DNA of 54,799 bases from Chiloscyllium plagiosum (lineage: Eukaryota), in contig NC_057754.1 of assembly GCF_004010195.1 (NCBI RefSeq), positions 1,317,389 to 1,372,187 on the forward strand, in the 5' to 3' direction. This document shows, piece by piece, positions 46,946 through 54,799 of this stretch. Below the pieces are notes generated by a model. That model did not search any database, had not been told where the DNA came from, and saw nothing but the letters and a program-made list of their open reading frames with translations. The position numbers were made by a program, and so were the translations under genes. Within the stretch, counting starts at the first letter, position 1. Each line of letters starts with the position of its first letter.

Positions 46946-49900
46946 CACGTGTATCTGTTTGCACGTGTGTGTGTGTACATCTATCTGTTTACACGTGTGT
47001 GAGCATGTATCTGTTTGCATGTGTGTGTACGTGTATCTGTATGCATGTGTGTGTACGTGTATCTGTATGCACGTGTGTACGTGTATCTGTATGCACGTGT
47101 GTGTGCGTGTATCTGTATGCACGTGTGTGCGCATGTATCTGTTTGCACGTGTGTATGTGTACCTGCACGTGTGTATGTGTATCTGTTTGCACATGTGTAT
47201 GTGTATCTGTTTGCACGTGTGTATGTGTATCTGTTTGCACGTGTGTGTGTACGCGTATCTGCACGTGTGTGTACGCGTATCTGTTTGCGCGTGTGTACGC
47301 GTATCTGTTTGCGCATGTGTACGCTTATCTGTTTGCGCGTGTGTGTACGCATGTCTGCCTGCGCGTGTGTACGCACCTCTGCCTGCGCATGTATGTGCAC
47401 GCGTGTGTATGCGTCTCTGTCTGCGCGAGTGTGTACGCGTATCTGCCTGCACGTGCGTGTGCGCGTGTATCTGTCTGCACGTGTGTGTGCGCGCGTATCT
47501 GTCTGCACGTGTGCGCGCGCATCTGTCTGCACGTGCGTGTGCGCGCGCATCTGTCTGCACGTGCGTGTGTGCGTATCTATCTGCACGTGTGTGTGTGTGT
47601 GCGTATCTGCACGTGCGTATGCGCGCGTATCTGTCTACACGTGCGTGTGCGCGCGTATCTGTCTGCACGTGCGTGTGCGCGCGTATCTGTCTGCACGTGC
47701 GTGTGCGCGCGCATCTGTCTGCATGTGCGCTCGTATCTGTCTGCACGTGCGTGTGTGTGCATATCTGCACGTGCGTGTGCATATCTGTGTGCACATGGGT
47801 GTGTGCGCATATCTGCACGTGCGTGTGCATATCTGTCTTCCCGTGCATGTGTACGCATCTCTGTCGGCGCGCGTGTACGCGTATCTGTCTGCACGTGCGT
47901 GTGTGCGCGTATCTGTCTGCACGTGCGTGTGCGCGTGTATCTGCACGTGCATGTGCGCGTGTGCACGCGTATCTGCTCGTGCGTGCGCGCACATATCTGT
48001 CTGCACGTGCATGTGCGCGCATATCTGTCTGCACGTGTGTGTGCGTATCTGCACGTGCGTGTGTGCGTATCTATCTGCACGTGTCTGTGTGTGCGTATCT
48101 GTCTGCACGTGCGTGTGCGCGCATATCTGTCTGCACGTGCGTGTGCGCGCATATCTGTCTGCACGTGCATGTGCGCGCGTATCTGTCTGCACGTGTGTGT
48201 GCGTATCTGCACGTGCGTGTGCGTATCTATCTGCACGTGCATGTGTGTGTGCGTATCTGTCTGCACGTGCGTGTGTGCGCGTATCTGTCTGCACGTGCGT
48301 GTGCGCGCATATCTGTCTGCACGTGCATGTGCGCGCGTATCTGTCTGCACGTGTGTGTGCGTATCTGCACGTGCGTGTGTGCGTATCTATCTGCACGTGT
48401 CTGTGTGTGCGTATCTGTCTGCACGTGCGTGTGTGCGCGTATCTGTCTGCACGTGCGTGTGCGCGCATATCTGTCTGCACGTGCATGTGCGCGCGTATCT
48501 GTCTGCACGTGTGTGTGCGTATCTGCACGTGCGTGTGTGCGTATCTATCTGCACGTGCGTGTGTGTGCGTATCTGTCTGCACGTGCGTGTGCGCGCATAT
48601 CTGTCTGCACGTGCATGTGCGCGCGTATCTGTCTGCACGTGTGTGTGCGTATCTGCACGTGCGTGTGTGCGTATCTGCACGTGCGTGTGTGCGTATCTGC
48701 ACGTGCGTGTGTGCGTATCTGCACGTGCGTGTGTGCGTATCTGCACGTGCGTGTGCGCGCGCATCTGTCTGCACGTGCGTGTGCGCGCGCATCTGTCTGC
48801 ACGTGCGTGTGCGCACGCATCTGTCTGCACGTGCGTGTGCGCGCATATCTGTCTGCACGTGCATGTGCGCGCGTATCTGTCTGCACATGTGTGTGCGTAT
48901 GTGCACGTGCGTGTGTGCGTATCTATCTGCACGTGCGTGTGTGCGTATCTATCTGCACGTGCGTGTGTGCGTATCTATCTGCACGTGCGTGTGTGCGTAT
49001 CTATCTGCACGTGCGTGTGTGCGTATCTATCTGCACGTGCGTGTGCGTGCGTATCTGCACGTGCGTGTGCGCGCATATCTGCACGTGCGTGTGCGCGCGC
49101 ATCTGTCTGCACGTGCGTGTGCGCGCGCATCTGTCTGCACGTGTGTGTGCGCGCGCATCTGTCTGCACGTGCGTGTGCGCTCGTATCTGTCTGCACGTGC
49201 GTGTGCGCGCATATCTGTGCACGTGTGTGTGCATATCTGTCTGCACGTGCATGTGTACGCATCTCTGTCGGCGCGCGTGTGTACGCGTATCTGTCTGAAC
49301 GTGCGTGTGTGCGCGTATCTGTCTGCGCGTATCTGTCTGCTCGTGCGTGTGCGCGCATATCTGTCTGCACGTGCATGTGCGTGCATATCTGTCTGCACGT
49401 GTGTGTGCGTATCTGCACGTGCGTGTGTACGTATCTATCTGCACGTGCGTGTGTGTGCATATCTGTCTGCACGTGCGTGTGCGCGCATATCTGTCTGCAC
49501 GTGCATGTGCGCGCGTATCTGTCTGCACGTGTGTGTGCGTATCTGCACGTGCGTGTGTGCGTATCTGCACGTGCGTGTGTGTGCGTATCTGTCTGCACGT
49601 GCGTGTGCGCGCATATCTGTCTGCACGTGCATGTGCGCGCGTATCTGTCTGCACGTGTGTGTGCGTATCTGCACGTGCGTGTGTGCGTATCTATCTGCAC
49701 GTGCGTGTGTGCGTATCTATCTGCACGTGCGTGTGTGTGCGTATCTGTCTGCACGTGCGTGTGCGCGCATATCTATCTGCACGTGCATGAACGCGCGTAT
49801 CTGTCTGCACGTGTGTGTGCGTATCTGCACGTGCGTGTGCGCGCGTATCTGTCTGCACGTGCGTGTGTGTGCGTATCTGTCTGCACGTGCGTGTGTGTGC

Positions 49901-50048
49901 GTATCTGCACGTGCGTGTGCGCGCGTATCTCTGCACGTGCGTCTGCGCGCGTATCTGTCTGCACGTGCGTGTGTGTGTTTATGTGTATCTGTTTGTGCGT
50001 GTGTGTGCGTGTATCTGTTGGCACATGTATCTATGTGTGTGTGTCTCT
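46946..50048. repeat. ~3.1-kb complex satellite (~24-30-bp units, gtatctgtctgcacgtgcgtgtgcgcgc)
   Basis: Direct inspection; alternating purine-pyrimidine tracts with CACGTG in most units. Confidence 0.98.
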
Positions 50049-50089
50049 GGTATTTAGAATGAGGTGGGGCAATTGCATTGAGACAGAAG

Positions 50090-50975
50090 ATTTGATGGTC
50101 TGGCATTGTTCCTGTTGGTCAGGGGAATCTAGAACGGGTTGGGGGAGGAGAGACTACTTTCTAAGGATGAGAGGCAGATCGTTCTTTTAACCGTGAGAAT
50201 TGTGAGTCTTTAGAATTTCCTTCCTCAAAAGGCAGTGGATGCCGAGCGTGTAAATGTGTAGAAAGTAGAGGTCGGTAGATTCTAGATTGCTAAAGGAGTG
50301 ATGGATTCTGGGGGGTAAGCAAGAATGGAGAGCTGGTGTTTGGATCAGATCAGCTGTGATCCGATAGAATAGGCTGGAAGGGCTGAATGGCCTACTCTAG
50401 TTCCTTTGGATGTATTTAGGAGTGAGCTGGGAACAGGGTGTGTCATTGGAAATCTTTGGAATTCCCAATGGCAGAGTGTTATGGTATTCCCTTGGATTAG
50501 ACAGATCTTTGGTGTCTGAGGGAATCGAGGGAGCTGGGGAGCAGGCAGCTCAGTGACGTTGAAAGCTGTGATCAAGACTGGGGGGCCCGTTTTAAGGTGA
50601 GAGCAGAGAGATTTAAATTGCGCGGGGCAATTTTTTTTACACAAGAGGGTGGTTCATGTGTGGAGTGAAATTCCAGAGGAAGTGGTGGATGCGAGCACAG
50701 CTAATGTTTAAAAACAGTCTGGATAAGTACAGATAGGAAAGGATTCGAAGGATATGGGCCCAAGTGCAGGGAAATGGGGTTAGCACGGATGGACATTTTG
50801 GACCAGTTTGGGGCCGAAGGGCCTGTCTCTGTGCTCTAGGACTCTCTGACTCTATGTGAAGAGGAAAGGTTTTGAGGGATATGGGCTAGGAGAAGGCGGG
50901 TGGGACTGGTTTAGTTTGGGGTTAGGGTTGGGATGATGGACCAAAGAGTGTGTTTCCGTGCTGTGTGACTCTATC
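50090..50975 (+). mobile_element. Several decayed CR1 3' ends in tandem
   Basis: Repeated CR1 tail motifs (gagggtggttcatgtgtgg, ggatatgggc, gactctatg). Confidence 0.7.
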
Positions 50976-51123
50976 AATCACAGTCACGTTGAGGCTGAAG
51001 GGGCCGAATGGTCTCCCGCTGCTATCCCTCGTGTGTGCGAGGCAGGCCTGTTCCGTCGGTCGCTTCGGTCCATGGCTCGCCCTTTCCCCGGTTGACCCGG
51101 CGGTGTTGTCTGTTTCGGCGCAG

Positions 51124-51252
51124 AGCTGGCTGTACCTGAAGGGCTCCTACCTGAAGTGTGACCGCAAGATGGAGGTGGCGCTCATGGTGTGCGCCATTAA
51201 CCCATCGATCGACCACCACACGGACAGCGTGGAGCTGCTGCAGCTGCAACAG
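51124..51252 (+). CDS. MEN1: MEN1 exon 4
   Basis: cag|AGC...CAG|gtcaga, 129 nt; [43 protein letters not shown]. Confidence 0.98.
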
Positions 51253-52079
51253 GTCAGAGCTTCGCGTGGGCCGGGTAGGGGGAGGAGGAGAGAACGTGCC
51301 GGTGTGGGAAGTCTCAGACCCATCGGCTGACCGCCCAGCTCCGGTTCGCGATGCCCCCCCCCGCAGCTGATCAGCTGGAGAATGGCTCACCGCCCGGGTT
51401 GACTCAGGAAGAGGCCGTAATTGGGGGGGGGAGGGTTCAGGCAGCACCGGGACCCCAACAGCGTGTGTACCTGCGGTGGCAGCGTGTATCCGAACGAAAC
51501 TTCAAATGCAGTTTGAAACATCCCTCCGGAGCGACACCAAGCAAGTTTAGACTCACCCCCCGGGACCGGGAGGTCAGAGAAGGGCGACCCCAAACTCAGT
51601 CAAAGATAATTTCGTTTATTTGCCTGTTGAAAGTTGCATAGGATAAAGAATGTTCAAACGTCGGTGCATCTCTTCCCAGCTCCGCCCCCTCCCCCAAAAA
51701 CAAGCTCCTATTCCTCTGTTTATTCAGGTTCACTAATGTCCTTCAGGGAAGGAAGCTGCCACCCTTACCTGGTCTGGGCCTACCCGTGACTCCAGGCCCA
51801 TATCAATGTGGCTGACTCTGAGCTGCCCTCTGGGTAATTAGGGGTGGGCAATAAATGCTGGGCCCAGCCTCATCCCGTGAATACCCCTCCCCCAATATGT
51901 ATCGACGTGATTCTCCTTGATCTCTTCCGGGGTTGGGGGGGGTGGGGAGCGGGTCACACATCCCCCTCACATGTTGAGGGTCTCACTAAGGAGCAGATTG
52001 GAGGCGGGGTGGGTTCAGAGAGGGGTTCCTGAATGGACCGTTCCCGGGGCTAATTCTGTTGCTTCTCTTCCTCTTTCAG

Positions 52080-52120
52080 CACCTCCTGTGGCTGTTGTAC
52101 GACCTTGGGCACCTGAGCAA
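52080..52120 (+). CDS. MEN1: MEN1 exon 5
   Basis: cag|CAC...AA|gtgagt, 41 nt; HLLWLLYDLGHLS. Confidence 0.96.
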
Positions 52121-52914
52121 GTGAGTGTCACCGTGCCTCTGGAGCACCCTTCCGATCCCCCCACCGACTACAACGAGGGCCGCACAGTAAATGCAGACAG
52201 AATATAGCGAGAGAGACGTGCCCCTGTCCTTCATAAGCTCTTTGAGAAATACTCCCTGTGCGCTGAGCTGCTTGGCAACATAAAGGGGACCTTTCCCTTT
52301 CAGAGCAGAGGTTAAACGAGCTATCCTGCTGGGTGAATTGAAAGTTTCTCCCTTTAAGAGACACCTCCAGAAGGGAGACAGAAAGCAGGAGTCCACAGGC
52401 CCGGTTAACATCTGTCGGAGGGAAAAGGTTAGAAGGTATTATTAAAGAGGTTACAGCAGGGTCCTTCAATGCGTTCGAGCTAATCAGGCTGAGTCCTCAT
52501 GGTTTAGTGAAAGGGAAATCACATTTAATCAGGTTATGGGAATTCTTTGAATTATGCCATGGCCCAGGGTGGGATGTGTCGGACTCAGACATCCGGAAGG
52601 TTTTTCCCAAATGTTATTGCGGGAAGTGAAAGCTAACGGTGTAGGGGTGTGGATAGAAGATTCTCTGTGGATCCGCAGCAATAGGGCTATTGCAGGCCGG
52701 CAGGATGTGACCAGTGCAGTGCCCCGGGGGTTGGTGCTGGGGCCAAGGCTGAGGCAAAAGATGTTAAGGTTGAGAGGACGTGATGTTCTTAAGAGATATC
52801 GATCAGTGAAGATAGTGGACAGAGATGTGGCAAACCACAGTCATACAGCAGAAAAGAATCCACCCTGACCTATCTGCACTAATCCCATTTTCCAGCACTT
52901 GGCCCATAGCTACT

Positions 52915-53315
52915 TACATAGACTACCGACAGTGTGGAAGCAGGCCATTCGGCCCATTGAATCCACACCAAAACTCTGAACATACATAGACTACCGACAG
53001 TGTGGAAGCAGGCCATTCGGCCCATTGAATCCACACCAAAACTCATCCCACCCAAACCCAACCCCAATCCTCATAACCCTGATTTTCCCATGACTAACCA
53101 ATCTAACCTGCACATCCCTGGGCACTATGGGACAATTTCCCTCGGCCAGTCCACCCTAACCTGCACATCCCTGGGCACTATGGGACAATTAGCCAAGGCC
53201 AATACACTCTGTGCATTAACCATGTGGGATGCAGGGTTACAGTGATAGGGTAAGGGGATTGGTGTGGGTGGGATGCCCTCTGGAGGGTTGGTATGGATTT
53301 GATGGGCCAAATGTC
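52915..53315. mobile_element. Rearranged V-SINE 3' fragments with a ~68-bp tandem duplication
   Basis: acatagactaccgacagtgtggaagc at 52916 and 52985; SINE pieces in both orientations. Confidence 0.7.
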
Positions 53316-53760
53316 GGGATTCTAAGATTGTAGGACCTGGAGGAGACCATTCAGGCCCCATTCAGTGAGATCAGGGCTGTGATGTAGGAACCCTGGTTGG
53401 CTGGCCTATCTCCGTCCCACTCAACGCTCTGTCAGTCTCGGATTGAATGTGGTGGATGGAGCCAGCAACGAGAGCTTTCTGTGGAAGTCTGTGGGTAAAC
53501 GTGTCGCTGCGTTCACTTCGCGGATGGGGAAAGGGTTTGTGAAATCCTGGGGTGGTCCTGCGGATAGTGTGAGCCTGCCAATAAGCCCGAGCGCCGTAAG
53601 AAATTGGAGCAGGAGTCAGCCGATTGGTGCTGCCCCCGCGCCACCGTCAACGTGCTGGTGATTCTAACTCAAAGTCCTGCCTCCCTCCATACTGTGTGTG
53701 GGCCGATTGCGAGGGGACGGCAGTTTCTGAGTGCCTCTGGTCTCTCACTCTCTGTGGTAG

Positions 53761-53848
53761 ATACCCAATGGCACTGGGGAACCTCGCAGACCTGGAGGAG
53801 TTGGAACCGATGCCGAACAGACCAGATCCATTGACACTTTACCACCAG
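53761..53848 (+). CDS. MEN1: MEN1 exon 6 (gene continues beyond the window)
   Basis: tag|A...CAG|gtagac, 88 nt; [29 protein letters not shown]. Confidence 0.97.
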
Positions 53849-54409
53849 GTAGACAGCTCACCTTTTCTTACTCATTTATAGAATGTGGGCCTCATCGGCT
53901 GGGCCCAGGATTTACTGCCCCCGTCCCTAGTTGCCCCCTCCCCTTGAGACGGTGGGGGTGAACTGCCGCCTTGAACATCCTTGTAAATCTTTTCTGAACC
54001 CTTTCAAGTTTCACAACGTCTTTCCGATAGGAAGGAGACCAGAATTGCACACAATATTCCAACAGTGGCCTAACCAATGTCCTGTACAGCCGCAACAGTC
54101 CACGTGCTGTGGGTAGACCCACGATGCTGTACGGGCGACTTGGGGTTAAAAGAAGGGCCGTTATTTGGATCCATAAAAAGAAATAAGTGAAAGGAAGAAA
54201 AGAATAAATGGGGCCCCTGGTAATTCCCTCACCTTCGCTCGGGAGGACTCAGGTTCACCTCCCACCTGCTCCAGACGTATTTAATAACATCTCTGACCAT
54301 ATCGATGAGAAAATTAGTTTAATGAAAAAATCCCACAAATCCGGACTAACCATTCAGGGCCCTCTTGTGGTACATTGGTAGAATTCCTCCCTCTGGACCA
54401 AGAGACCTG

Positions 54410-54799
54410 AGTTTTGGATACAGAACTGGCTCAAAGGTAGAAGCCAGAGGGTGGTGGTGGAGGGTTGTTTTTCAGACTGGAGGCCTGTGACCAGTGGAGT
54501 GCCACAAGGATCGGTGTTGGGCCCTCTACTTTTTGTCATTTATATAAATGGTTTGGATGTGAGCATAAGAGGTACAGTTAGTAAGTTGGAGGTGTAGTGG
54601 ACAGCGAAGAGGGTTGCCTCAGATTACAACAGGATCTGGACCAGATGGGCCAGTGGACTGAGAAGTGGCAGATGGAGTTTAATTCAGATAAATGCGAGGT
54701 GCTGCATTTTGGGAAAGCAAATCTTAGCAGGACTTATACACTTAATGGTAAGGTCCCAGGGAGTGTTGCTGAACAAAGAGACCTTGGAGTGTAGGTTCA
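54410..54799 (+). mobile_element. CR1-type LINE RT fragment (truncated by window end)
   Basis: [17 protein letters not shown]...[14 protein letters not shown]...WQMEFNSDKCEVLHFG. Confidence 0.92.

Noticed and set aside
46934..50190. ORFs of up to 1073 aa rich in Cys/Val/Ala/Arg/His
   Set aside because: The satellite lacks stop codons in most frames on both strands and lies inside MEN1 intron 3.

Overview
Eukaryotic genomic DNA from a cartilaginous fish (shark-type V-SINE/HE1, Deu-domain SINE, CR1 and Penelope repeats), with two N-gaps (11631-12385, 33854-34353). It holds two divergently transcribed spliced genes. SF1 (splicing factor 1) is on the - strand, nearly complete, from ATG 27735 to stop 11487, with poly(A) signal near 9730 and part of the last exon in the first gap. 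The 5' half of MEN1 (menin) is on the + strand, with promoter/non-coding exon 1 near 38.0-38.4 kb and coding exons 2-6 at 44438-53848, continuing past the window. The rest is retroelement debris and GC-rich minisatellites; the very long ORFs in the track are repeat or gap artefacts. Most notable: about a dozen hammerhead-ribozyme cores in Penelope-type terminal repeats, including a hairpin with two intact cores in opposite orientation (31735-31898) and an intact core just past the SF1 poly(A) site. SF1 also shows a candidate second promoter and first coding exon, a repeated fixed-spacing TGAYNGAYRG-N9-CCAAT element, and candidate poison, cassette and alternative last exons. Menin carries two substitutions at MLL-pocket residues, and MEN1 intron 3 holds a 3-kb E-box-rich satellite. 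Comparisons with human proteins are from memory, not from a search; repeat boundaries are approximate.
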